Shown here one piece after another: positions 1-7,794 of a stretch of DNA of 34,239 bases (position 1 is its first letter; each line of letters starts with the position of its first letter). The DNA is taken from IMG/VR virus record IMGVR_UViG_2917881069_000005. One strand, given 5' to 3'. The notes beneath the pieces are model-generated. The model did not search any database and was not told where the DNA came from. It saw only the letters and a list, made by a program, of their open reading frames with translations. Source of the stretch: a virus (taxonomy: Duplodnaviria > Heunggongvirae > Uroviricota > Caudoviricetes). The position numbers and the translations under genes were made by a program.

Positions 1-474
1 ATGTACAGCCCGGTACAAATAGCCAATAAATTCATAACGTTGGGAAACCAACATCATAATCCTCTGACCCACATGCAACTGCAGAAGCTTACTTATATTG
101 CCCATGGTTACTATTTAGCATTAACAGGTAAGCCTTTGCTCAACGAATGTGTCTCTGCGTGGAAGTACGGTCCGGTTATTCCCGGAATGTACGATGCTTT
201 CAAAGATTATGGGAATAAGCCTGTTACGAATGTAGCAGTAGCTCCTTTTGGTGGCATTGTTACTATGGATCCGCAAGCAGAGAGCATTATAGGGGCTGTT
301 TATAAATTTTACGGCTCGAAAAATGGAATTGAGTTATCAACTCTAACTCATATGCCAGGTACGCCTTGGTCACAAACTTATAATGGTATTGGCTCGTCAA
401 TCATCCCAGATGATGCGATCAAGACTTATTATCATGATTTATTGAATAACCGACAGCAATGTCAGGGCCTCTGA
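1..474 (+). CDS. Panacea-domain (DUF4065, SocA/GepA-like) protein; putative antitoxin or abortive-infection component
   Basis: 157-aa ORF starting at window base 1; signatures recalled for Panacea/DUF4065 (LTHMQLQKLTYIAHGYYLA, AWKYGPVIP, LSTLTHMPGTPW); may be 5'-truncated by the window edge. Confidence 0.6.
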   Translation: MYSPVQIANKFITLGNQHHNPLTHMQLQKLTYIAHGYYLALTGKPLLNECVSAWKYGPVIPGMYDAFKDYGNKPVTNVAVAPFGGIVTMDPQAESIIGAVYKFYGSKNGIELSTLTHMPGTPWSQTYNGIGSSIIPDDAIKTYYHDLLNNRQQCQGL

Positions 475-496
475 AAAAGTAATATTCAGGGATGAC

Positions 497-1045
497 ATGT
501 CTCGCAATTCAGATATCTATAAACTTATCGGAGCGGCTGCAGGTGTTGAAAATGGTCGCTCTGAAGCATCCTTAAACTATACTGACAGTCAAGAACAGGT
601 TTTTAAATCTGCATTTGAGCCGTCTAATCATGAGAGCGATGATGATTCTTCTTCAGAAAATAAAGCTATTCTGGAGGAAGAAGAGTTTGGTTCTAATACA
701 GGTGCATTGCATGAGTTTATGCAGCAGCACAGAATGGACAGTCTTCAAGCTCAGCTTGATATGCTCAAATCACAAGTACGCGATAAGATAGCTGACGCAA
801 CTGGTAAAGAAATAGACAATGAACTTCGGACAAAAATGGCATCATTCACGGTTTGTTTTATGTCGTGGTGGTGCTTATTTGTAGCCGTAATGTTTGTATC
901 GTTTCTTATTGCTCATGAAGGAAAGCCTCCAGTTGAAGCAATCGTTGCATTACTAGGTACAAGTACAATTAGCATTGTTGGTTTGGTTGGTTTCGTTGTT
1001 AGTGGATTGTTCAAATCAAGAAAAGATGGCGATAAAGAAAAATAA
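497..1045 (+). CDS. small membrane protein: acidic Asp/Ser/Glu-rich and coiled-coil N-terminal part, two C-terminal hydrophobic helices; putative toxin/effector partner
   Basis: 182-aa ORF 22 bp downstream of the Panacea ORF on the same strand; hydrophobic segments FTVCFMSWWCLFVAVMFVSFLIA and AIVALLGTSTISIVGLVGFVVSGLF; no family recognised. Confidence 0.5.
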   Translation: MSRNSDIYKLIGAAAGVENGRSEASLNYTDSQEQVFKSAFEPSNHESDDDSSSENKAILEEEEFGSNTGALHEFMQQHRMDSLQAQLDMLKSQVRDKIADATGKEIDNELRTKMASFTVCFMSWWCLFVAVMFVSFLIAHEGKPPVEAIVALLGTSTISIVGLVGFVVSGLFKSRKDGDKEK

Positions 1046-1063
1046 CCCGTATATACACGGGTT
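1044..1063. terminator. hairpin between convergent genes (possible bidirectional terminator)
   Basis: AACCCGT-atatac-ACGGGTT perfect 7-bp stem between the + strand ORF ending 1045 and the - strand ORF ending 1079; A-rich upstream, T-containing downstream. Confidence 0.4.
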
Positions 1064-1078
1064 ATTCATGGTTTTAGT

Positions 1079-1378
1079 TTAGTTATATTTTTGTTTATCC
1101 GTTCTGACCTTTTCCCACTCAGCTCGTCCTTCTTCTCGTCTTTTGTCTATGTATTCCGCAAGATCCTGAATATTGATGCAACGTTTTGCTTTTTGTGATG
1201 TGCCGATGCGATATGTTGGAACGGGCAACTTACAAGCGTTTGCTTTTGCTTCTGCCGTGGCTGGGCTCATGCCAAAGTACTTTTGGCTAACTGCTGAGAG
1301 TTCAATGTTAGGGGTATTGAATTCAGCCATCAGTAAAAACAAGGTGTTCATAATTTTCTCCATCAAAACCGGCTGCAC
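1079..1378 (-). CDS. excisionase-like DNA-binding protein (PrtN family-like)
   Basis: 99-aa ORF; LLMAEF...LPVPTYRIG.SQKAKRCINIQDLAEYIDKRR resembles PrtN/phage excisionase family; last gene of the leftward operon. Confidence 0.6.
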   Translation of the reverse strand: MQPVLMEKIMNTLFLLMAEFNTPNIELSAVSQKYFGMSPATAEAKANACKLPVPTYRIGTSQKAKRCINIQDLAEYIDKRREEGRAEWEKVRTDKQKYN

Positions 1379-1387
1379 CCGGGAAAA

Positions 1388-1960
1388 TCATAATTCTGTG
1401 CTGGTGGCAGGAATTAATTTCTGCCAGATAGCGGAAACATATTTTGCCTGATGACGAGCATCAGCTAGGGCGTTGTGCCGTTCGCCATCGAAAGGCATGT
1501 CCATTTTGGGGTCGAATCCGATGGAACGCCCAAGCGTAACGATCGTGCGTACATCGTGATCATTCCAGTACGCCCATGGGCAGATTTGTCCTGCTCGCTC
1601 ATAAGCTCCGCGTAAAATTACGTTGTCGAAGTTGGCTCCGTTACCCCAGACTTTTAAATATTTCGTATTGTCCGCGTGCCGATTAATGAAATGGCTCAGT
1701 TCAGAGAGTGCATCGCTGATCGATAAAGTATCATCAATACAGATTGCAGCTCGTGCTTCAGGGCTTTGTTTCAACCACCACAGGATGGTATCGCCGTCAG
1801 GTGTGGCCCCTTGCTCCATAGCACTTTCCAGGCTAACAACCGTATAGAATTCTTGTCCGATATCTCCTGTTTCTGGGGTGAAGAACACTGCGCCAATGGA
1901 AACGATCGGTGCATCCTTATTTTTCCCCATCGTCTCAAGGTCGATCATTAAGTTGTTCAT
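1388..1960 (-). CDS. DnaQ-like DEDDh 3'-5' exonuclease
   Basis: Exo motifs MIDLETMG and HNALADA; start set at internal MNNLM (codon 19 of ORF 1388..2014), giving an ATGA overlap with the upstream gene stop at 1960. Confidence 0.7.
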   Translation of the reverse strand: MNNLMIDLETMGKNKDAPIVSIGAVFFTPETGDIGQEFYTVVSLESAMEQGATPDGDTILWWLKQSPEARAAICIDDTLSISDALSELSHFINRHADNTKYLKVWGNGANFDNVILRGAYERAGQICPWAYWNDHDVRTIVTLGRSIGFDPKMDMPFDGERHNALADARHQAKYVSAIWQKLIPATSTEL

Positions 1961-2433
1961 CACTCCACCTCCTGCTTCGGTTCTTGTATCGGCATCCATC
2001 TGATTACATCGCAATTACTTAGGTTGATGTCATCTCCAAGCCATCCTTGACCTTCAGACCAGCATTGCACGTAATACCCGCCTTCTGTGTCCACTACGCA
2101 CCACTGCGCGTCGTTCGGCATTCGCTCACTACAGCTTATCCAACCATCTGGAGCTACCGGTGCTGGAGGATAGCGATACAACGGAATAACTCGGCGCGGG
2201 TCCGCGTATTTATCTGGCGGACACGGCAATATGTAGCCGCAACCAATCCGCTCGACGTCTCGTAACTCTTCGTCATCAGTCCATGCTATCGGCTCTGCTT
2301 CCAGTGATGCCAGTGCGATACGAAACACATTAGCAAGCAGACTGTTTGACGATTGGTTATCGTGCGCCGGGTCGCTCAGGAAACCAGTGATGAATGATTT
2401 AATCTCCGCGCTTTCTCTGGTAATAGTGGTCAT
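1960..2433 (-). CDS. DUF551-type phage protein
   Basis: 157-aa ORF; C-terminal W-rich region (WISCSERMP...IRWMP) typical of DUF551 in lambdoid early regions. Confidence 0.5.
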   Translation of the reverse strand: MTTITRESAEIKSFITGFLSDPAHDNQSSNSLLANVFRIALASLEAEPIAWTDDEELRDVERIGCGYILPCPPDKYADPRRVIPLYRYPPAPVAPDGWISCSERMPNDAQWCVVDTEGGYYVQCWSEGQGWLGDDINLSNCDVIRWMPIQEPKQEVE

Positions 2434-2434
2434 A

Positions 2435-2623
2435 TCACTCTCCTTTAGTGCGCCCGTGGTTTTTCCAGCGGTTTTGCGCCGCGCTGGGTTTGTTAAGAGA
2501 ACACATCACGATATCAGCCGTGTTTGTGAACAATCCCATTCTGCGGTTACTGAGTTTTAACCATTGCTGGACGCCGCGCGCGTTTCTACAGGTCAAAAGA
2601 ATTTTTGCTTTACGGTTTTTCAT
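2435..2623 (-). CDS. small basic hypothetical protein (62 aa)
   Basis: ORF track; starts MKNRKAK, identical to first 7 codons of the upstream small ORF; start overlaps upstream stop (ATGA). Confidence 0.35.
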   Translation of the reverse strand: MKNRKAKILLTCRNARGVQQWLKLSNRRMGLFTNTADIVMCSLNKPSAAQNRWKNHGRTKGE

Positions 2624-2796
2624 CTTACTGCGTACCCTTTCTTCCGCCTGTTCTGTGACGCGCTAGGCTTACGCTTTGCGGCAAAAGCCACCTGACCAAA
2701 TGGATGGAATACCGCTATCTTATGGTTGCTGATAACCAGCTCCACCACACGCACAGGTCGCTGTAAAAAAAGTCGTTTTGCTTTACGGTTTTTCAT
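2620..2796 (-). CDS. small basic hypothetical protein (about 58 aa)
   Basis: Hand-translated (below the ORF-track size cutoff): MKNRKAKRLFLQRPVRVVELVISNHKIAVFHPFGQVAFAAKRKPSASQNRRKKGYAVR; AGGAGA about 9 nt upstream of ATG. Confidence 0.3.
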   Translation of the reverse strand: MKNRKAKRLFLQRPVRVVELVISNHKIAVFHPFGQVAFAAKRKPSASQNRRKKGYAVR

Positions 2797-2969
2797 CGTT
2801 TTGCTCTCCTGCGTTTCTTTGCTGCACGTCGTGCCGCCGCAATACCTGTATGGCGGCGCTTTGGTGCCGGGATGCCGCCATCAGTAGTAAAAAAAATGTG
2901 GTTTTATGAGTGACATATCCGCCCAAAGGCGGATCGGATGCGGTAACAGGCCAACAAATGCCACCTGCA

Positions 2970-3299
2970 TTACGTATTCTCCTTGTGCAGTTGCTTATTA
3001 ACGTAATCCACAATTTCAGATGACAGTTCAAACGGCGATTTCATCGCGTCAATATCCAGGTTTCTGTCAATATGTCGGATTAAATCATTCAGGGTTTCAG
3101 CACGGATTCCAGATTCAGAAATGCTGTTTTTGCGGCGCTCCTGAAGTTCAATCAGGGACTGCCGTAAGAGCGTCCACCACTCGCTGTCTACAACCGGCGA
3201 ACGCATACCCAGCATTTTGTCAGCAGCGGCAATCAGCTCGGTCAGGCTCTTATCGCTTATAGTGGTTTGTTGGTTCGCTTTTGTTTCCAGTACGCTCAT
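2970..3299 (-). CDS. hypothetical early protein (position and size resemble CPS-53 YfdT)
   Basis: 109-aa ORF, 4-bp overlap with upstream gene; no domain recognised. Confidence 0.45.
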   Translation of the reverse strand: MSVLETKANQQTTISDKSLTELIAAADKMLGMRSPVVDSEWWTLLRQSLIELQERRKNSISESGIRAETLNDLIRHIDRNLDIDAMKSPFELSSEIVDYVNKQLHKENT

Positions 3300-3658
3300 T
3301 TCTTATTCTCCGGTGCTTTCGGCATTACTGCCCAGTGAGTGATATTGACGTTTTCAAGGTCCCCGACCTGAAATGTCCACTGCCATTCTCCGGTTTCTTT
3401 TTGCCCCCAGGTGTACCAGAGAGAACGCCAGCCAATTAGCCAGCCTTCTCCGTTAGCATCGAATAACAAAACACTTTCATTTGCTGGTGGCAGTGCAGTT
3501 GACACTGGTATTACTTTGTTTTCCAGTGCCGCACATTTAGCTTCAAGCGCATCGAATTTACGCACCAGGTATTCAGCATCTGTTTCATTCACTTTCAGGT
3601 CTCGCGGTACACATCTCCCACGAAGAAACCCTTCCATTTCGAAAACATTCATGCGCAT
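3296..3658 (-). CDS. hypothetical early protein (position and size resemble CPS-53 YfdS, 120 aa)
   Basis: 120-aa ORF in operon; no domain recognised. Confidence 0.45.
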   Translation of the reverse strand: MRMNVFEMEGFLRGRCVPRDLKVNETDAEYLVRKFDALEAKCAALENKVIPVSTALPPANESVLLFDANGEGWLIGWRSLWYTWGQKETGEWQWTFQVGDLENVNITHWAVMPKAPENKK

Positions 3659-4185
3659 TTGCGTAACTCCGATAACTCGTTAAAACGTTCCATAAACATC
3701 CAGTAGGCATGGCCCGGTGCCAGTGGAATCACTTTGAACATCTCTGTTGTCGGGATACCTTCCAGTACAGGCCAGAAAGAGCCATCATCAAGTCCGAGAT
3801 CGCGGCGTTCGGTTGCCAGCATAATGAGATCGGCATATTTCACTGGCGTGCTCATAACCGGAGGTAACCCGTATTTCTCACGGATTACGGCGTCTATTTT
3901 TTCTTCCATCCGTTTATAGTCAGGAAGAAGGCGTTTCAGTGGTGCGGGAATGTCCTGGCAATACGCTTCTGTTGCATCATGCATTAACGCTTCAAAAGCA
4001 AATTCCTGCGGCACCAGCTGGCTGCAAAGAACCGCATGTTGGGCGACGCTGTAGAAGTGTGAAAGATGACCGGCAAAGCGACAGATATTTGAAAGGGAAA
4101 CCGCGATATCGTTAATATCGATGTCGTCTTTATTTATCTTGTCATAATAAAAATGCTTCCCGGAAAAAGTTTTAATAAATGACAT
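3649..4185 (-). CDS. yfdR: HD-domain phosphohydrolase, YfdR-like
   Basis: H..H...D-type HD signature (HLSHFYSVAQHAVLCSQLV, EALMHDATEAY); start chosen at MSFIK (178 aa) with GGAGAA RBS; ORF track 3649..4212. Confidence 0.65.
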   Translation of the reverse strand: MSFIKTFSGKHFYYDKINKDDIDINDIAVSLSNICRFAGHLSHFYSVAQHAVLCSQLVPQEFAFEALMHDATEAYCQDIPAPLKRLLPDYKRMEEKIDAVIREKYGLPPVMSTPVKYADLIMLATERRDLGLDDGSFWPVLEGIPTTEMFKVIPLAPGHAYWMFMERFNELSELRKCA

Positions 4186-4312
4186 TTTGTTCTCCACGTA
4201 TATGCGCTGCACCGCGCTGAATTCTGGTAAAAGGAAGCCCTCACCATCCGGCGATTATTGAGTCAATTACGTTTCCATAAATGCCCCCGCAGGGGCATTT
4301 GCAGTAATGAAA

Positions 4313-5137
4313 TCAGGCGGTGAAAGTACCAATAAAGGTTTCTACTTTGCTGTCTTTGAATTTCTCAACAAGCAGATCACGAAATTCGTTAGCCATTTCT
4401 TCCTGCACTGCTTCCAGCTGAATAATGCGCAGAACCAGTACAGGACGATCGCCAGTGATAATGCTGAGGCGTAATTTAAACGGACGTTCTTTCAGGCCTT
4501 CAAACGGAACGCATTTAAATTCAAATGCCACTGGCATAATGTCTTTGGTTTTCGCTTCGACAGACTCCATCAGGGAGCGTTTGCCGCTGAAGTCATTATC
4601 TTCAAAATCAGCGGTCTTGTTTGCTTCAATCGTGATTTTACGGACTGCCGCAGCCGCTTTTGTTGCCTGAATAGCGTCACCATTAGCATCAAAGCCCACA
4701 AGGTAGTCGGCCCAGTCTTCAATCCATTCTGCCAGTGACTTCTGGGAGTTACGCTCGCCGTTAACAGACAACAGGGCAGAGAACGGTGCTGTCTTTTTCA
4801 GTTTGAGAGTGGCGGTGTTATCTGCGTGACCTGGTTCATCAATAGTACCCAGGTTAAGCACACTGACTGCTCGCATATTATCGGCATCGATAAAGCAGCG
4901 GGTGCCTTCATCTGCAAGATCTTTAGAATAACGGGTAAAGTCATCGATGCTGGCAGTGGAAAGCGCACCACGGAAACGGAAGCGATTTAAATTAAATTTT
5001 TCCAGATCATGAATGCGGAAATTCTCAGGCAATGCCACAGCATCGGCACCAATCTTACTGATAATTTCATTAACACCCTGAGCAGAAATAAGGGCATGGA
5101 TTTGATTAATTGCGGTTGCGTCTAAGTTCTGAGACAT
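4313..5137 (-). CDS. yfdQ: DUF2303 protein, YfdQ-like
   Basis: 274-aa ORF; size, position and sequence character match recollection of E. coli CPS-53 YfdQ. Confidence 0.6.
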   Translation of the reverse strand: MSQNLDATAINQIHALISAQGVNEIISKIGADAVALPENFRIHDLEKFNLNRFRFRGALSTASIDDFTRYSKDLADEGTRCFIDADNMRAVSVLNLGTIDEPGHADNTATLKLKKTAPFSALLSVNGERNSQKSLAEWIEDWADYLVGFDANGDAIQATKAAAAVRKITIEANKTADFEDNDFSGKRSLMESVEAKTKDIMPVAFEFKCVPFEGLKERPFKLRLSIITGDRPVLVLRIIQLEAVQEEMANEFRDLLVEKFKDSKVETFIGTFTA

Positions 5138-5202
5138 AATAAGTCCTCACTATATAAAGATATTCAGTGATGAGATAAATAATCGGTTAATTAAGAACGA
5201 TA

Positions 5203-5565
5203 TTAATGACCTGCTGCGCGGAGTTTTCCGTCAGGTTCACCGGCAAGAGTCAGTAATTGTCCCTGGTCTTCCTGCAGAATAGTCAGGCGACCACCGCGAT
5301 TGACATACATCGGCGTTTCGGTGGTGTCTTCTTCGGAAATTTTCCCGCGGTTAGTCGGGCGAACATATGAGAGTTTGTGTTTGATTTTCACACGGTTCTC
5401 ATCAAACGGTTCGATGTCCAGATTGACCGAGACTTTACCTTTGTTTTTCGTGTTCATCACACCGGAAGCGACTTCACTGAGAACTGCGCCGAGTTTGGTT
5501 TCAAATACGCCGCCGTCCAGTTCTACGATAAATTCCTGCACGTTGGTACTGCGTTCGCTAGCCAT
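5203..5565 (-). CDS. hypothetical protein, YfdP-like (120 aa)
   Basis: Start set at internal MASERS with GAGGAG 8 nt upstream (ORF track 5203..5796 is an N-terminally over-extended frame). Confidence 0.5.
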   Translation of the reverse strand: MASERSTNVQEFIVELDGGVFETKLGAVLSEVASGVMNTKNKGKVSVNLDIEPFDENRVKIKHKLSYVRPTNRGKISEEDTTETPMYVNRGGRLTILQEDQGQLLTLAGEPDGKLRAAGH

Positions 5566-5613
5566 TTTGCTGCTCCTCATCATATCGACCCTGCAAGGTC
5601 GGTTGGTTTCTCC

Positions 5614-5746
5614 ACAAAACAGAGAAGAACACCTGCGGTGACTGCCGCCCGGATGGATTGGGTTATGAGCCCGTCGTCCGGTGATGCTCTTCTCTGTTTT
5701 GTAAAAAGGACGGTACCAGCCGGAAGCAAGGGTACAAGCTGGTACC
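5614..5746. promoter_or_regulatory. structured non-coding region: 15-bp perfect inverted repeat with 59-nt spacer plus GGTACC/GGTACAAG operator-like repeats (candidate OL/pL region)
   Basis: ACAAAACAGAGAAGA (about 5614-5628) and TCTTCTCTGTTTTGT (about 5688-5702); GGTACCAGC/GCTGGTACC pair flanking GGTACAAG (about 5712-5746), same half-site as the cI-cro operator. Confidence 0.4.
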
Positions 5747-6198
5747 GCCAACGCAGTGGCAGTTGTGGCGGGGTTGTCACTCAGGCGTATGGTCAACCTG
5801 ACAATCCGGTGTCCTCAACGGGGAAAGAGTAACCCCGCCATACTTACCGCCGCGCCATTTCGCGGATTACCACAACGCTGAGAGCACTTAGCCAGTTACG
5901 GCACCACACTTTGTCGCGGCTCCATAAATGCTCTTATCGTTGCACCCTGGTCTCTTCCCAGGCGTCAAACCGAATCGCCACGCTGGTTAGGCGTCTTATC
6001 AGCATCATCATTGACTTGCACATTCCGGCTACCTGGTTTGTTTGCCCGAGCAAGGAGTGGATTGTCCCCTTTAACGTCCCCAGACCGCTAACGACGCATG
6101 TGCCATACGCCGTGTTACAACCAAATTTTGTTTGAATCTTGCCTGTTGCATGTTTCTTTTGGATACATTATGTATCTCAAAGGTACATTGTCAAGTAT

Positions 6199-6221
6199 AA
6201 AAAAACCTGCCGAAGCAGGTT
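6199..6221 (-). terminator. rho-independent terminator downstream of cI-like repressor gene
   Basis: On minus strand CCTGC-ttcg-GCAGG stem followed by T7 run, immediately after the repressor stop at 6234. Confidence 0.5.
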
Positions 6222-6233
6222 CATAAATATTGA

Positions 6234-6908
6234 TTAGGCCTTTATTTTGTATCTTCTTGGTTTTCCCGAGAAAATCACTGTACCAATTATAGAGCAATTA
6301 CCGTTGATCTTAATGTAAGGTTCAGGCCAGTTTGGGTTTAATGCTTTGAGGTAACGCTGTGTTCCATCTTCTATCAACCGCTTGAAGGTGGTTTCGCCTG
6401 TATCGTGCATCAATGCAATAACGTCGTCACCGTGGCAGGCAGGGACTTCAGGATCAACAAAAATCATGTCTCCCGGGCGGTACTCATCAATCATTGAATC
6501 ACCAATCACCCGCAAGATATAAGTCATTTCGCCACAGGGTACAGGGCAGGGATAAGTTTCTGCTGTGCTCAAATCAACCTCAGAATAGCCAACTTCTTTC
6601 CATGCTCCGGCCTGTACCCATGATATGACAGGGACTAACGTTATTTGTTTGTTAGTGATTGAAACATCAGGTTTTTTTGTGATGTTCGTTGTCTGGTGTT
6701 CTTGATCAAGCCATCCGACAGGCAGGTCGAAACATTTTTCGATGTGCCGTGCCATGCTGTCACCGATATTTTTAGTTGCACCATCTCCCATAAACCTGCT
6801 GGTCTGGGTTGGCTCGCGATCAATCATGGTGGCAAAGGAAGAATTCCCGCCAACACCATCTCTCAGTTTTCTGGCGTTAGACCGCCGGATGTCATGGACT
6901 GTTTTCAT
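6234..6908 (-). CDS. CI-like prophage repressor with LexA-like S24 peptidase domain
   Basis: 224-aa ORF; C-terminal S24 signature (GDSM...GD.IFVDPE, Ser/Lys-dyad-type region); divergent from cro-like gene. Confidence 0.8.
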   Translation of the reverse strand: MKTVHDIRRSNARKLRDGVGGNSSFATMIDREPTQTSRFMGDGATKNIGDSMARHIEKCFDLPVGWLDQEHQTTNITKKPDVSITNKQITLVPVISWVQAGAWKEVGYSEVDLSTAETYPCPVPCGEMTYILRVIGDSMIDEYRPGDMIFVDPEVPACHGDDVIALMHDTGETTFKRLIEDGTQRYLKALNPNWPEPYIKINGNCSIIGTVIFSGKPRRYKIKA

Positions 6909-6998
6909 AATGAAATTAAAACCCTTGTACCGTTAAGGTACAAGTATCTTGAAGGTTCATTTTAATCATGTAATATGTACATCGGAGGTACATATTGT
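6909..6998. promoter_or_regulatory. divergent cI/cro promoter-operator region with two palindromic operators
   Basis: Perfect 21-bp palindrome CTTGTACC-GTTAA-GGTACAAG (about 6923-6943) and ATGTACA-N6-GTACAT (about 6973-6993), the latter overlapping the cro RBS GGAGG. Confidence 0.5.
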
Positions 6999-7199
6999 AT
7001 GAAAGCGTATTGGGACTCTTTAACCAAAGAACAGCAGGGCGAGTTGGCCGGAAAAGTTGGCTCAACACCAGGCTACTTACGGCTGGTTTTCAATGGTTAT
7101 AAAAAAGCCAGTTTTGTGCTGGCTAAAAAACTTGAGCAATGCACGTCAGGTGCAATTACGAAATCTGACTTAAGACCGGATATCTATCCGAAAGATTAA
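6999..7199 (+). CDS. Cro-like HTH regulator (YdaS-like)
   Basis: Start at internal MKAYWD preceded by GGAGG; 66 aa; small HTH protein divergent from repressor. Confidence 0.6.
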   Translation: MKAYWDSLTKEQQGELAGKVGSTPGYLRLVFNGYKKASFVLAKKLEQCTSGAITKSDLRPDIYPKD

Positions 7200-7230
7200 C
7201 AGAACACCTTCAATTTTTAACCACAGAACG

Positions 7231-7794
7231 ATGAGGCTAACCGTGGGTAAGCATCACTGGAAAGTAGAAAAACAGCCTGAGTGGTACGTGAAAGCTGTCA
7301 GAAAAACTATCGCGGCGTTGCCGGGGGGGTACGCTGAAGCTGCTGAGTGGCTGGATGTAACAGAGAACGCTTTATTCAACCGCCTTCGTGCAGATGGCGA
7401 TCAGATTTTCCCGCTGGGATGGGCAATGATTTTACAGCGCGCGGCTGGCACTCACTACATTGCGGATGCTGTCGCACAGTCTGCTGGTGGGGTGTTTGTA
7501 TCGCTTCCTGAAATTGAGGAAGTAGAGAACGCCGATATAAACCAGCGCCTGCTGGAAGTCATCGAACAGATCGGGAGTTACTCAAAGCAGATTCGTTCGG
7601 CAATCGAAGATGGGGTAGTGGAGCCACACGAGCAGACAGCAATTAATGATGAGTTGTATCTGTCAATTTCGAAGCTCCAGGAGCATGCAGCACTGGTCTA
7701 CAAAATCTTTTGCGCTCCAGAAAAGAGTGACGCCCGCGAGTGTGCAGCTCCGGGCGTCGTGGCGTTTTGTGTCTGTGGAGAAACTAACGCATGA
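7231..7794 (+). CDS. YdaT-like protein (proposed CII-type regulator)
   Basis: 187-aa ORF directly after cro; position and sequence character as in Rac-type ydaS-ydaT pairs. Confidence 0.4.
   Translation: MRLTVGKHHWKVEKQPEWYVKAVRKTIAALPGGYAEAAEWLDVTENALFNRLRADGDQIFPLGWAMILQRAAGTHYIADAVAQSAGGVFVSLPEIEEVENADINQRLLEVIEQIGSYSKQIRSAIEDGVVEPHEQTAINDELYLSISKLQEHAALVYKIFCAPEKSDARECAAPGVVAFCVCGETNA

Noticed and set aside
1173-1451. 92-aa plus-strand ORF overlapping the excisionase-like gene
   Set aside because: Entirely antisense to a recognisable DNA-binding gene and no start signal; treated as spurious.
5377-6135. Plus-strand ORFs 5377..5832 and 5911..6135 and minus-strand ORF 5580..5780 in the cI to early-left gap
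   Set aside because: They overlap the inverted-repeat/operator-like region and the over-extended N-terminus of the YfdP-like frame, lack start signals, and have no recognisable protein features; the region is more plausibly regulatory.
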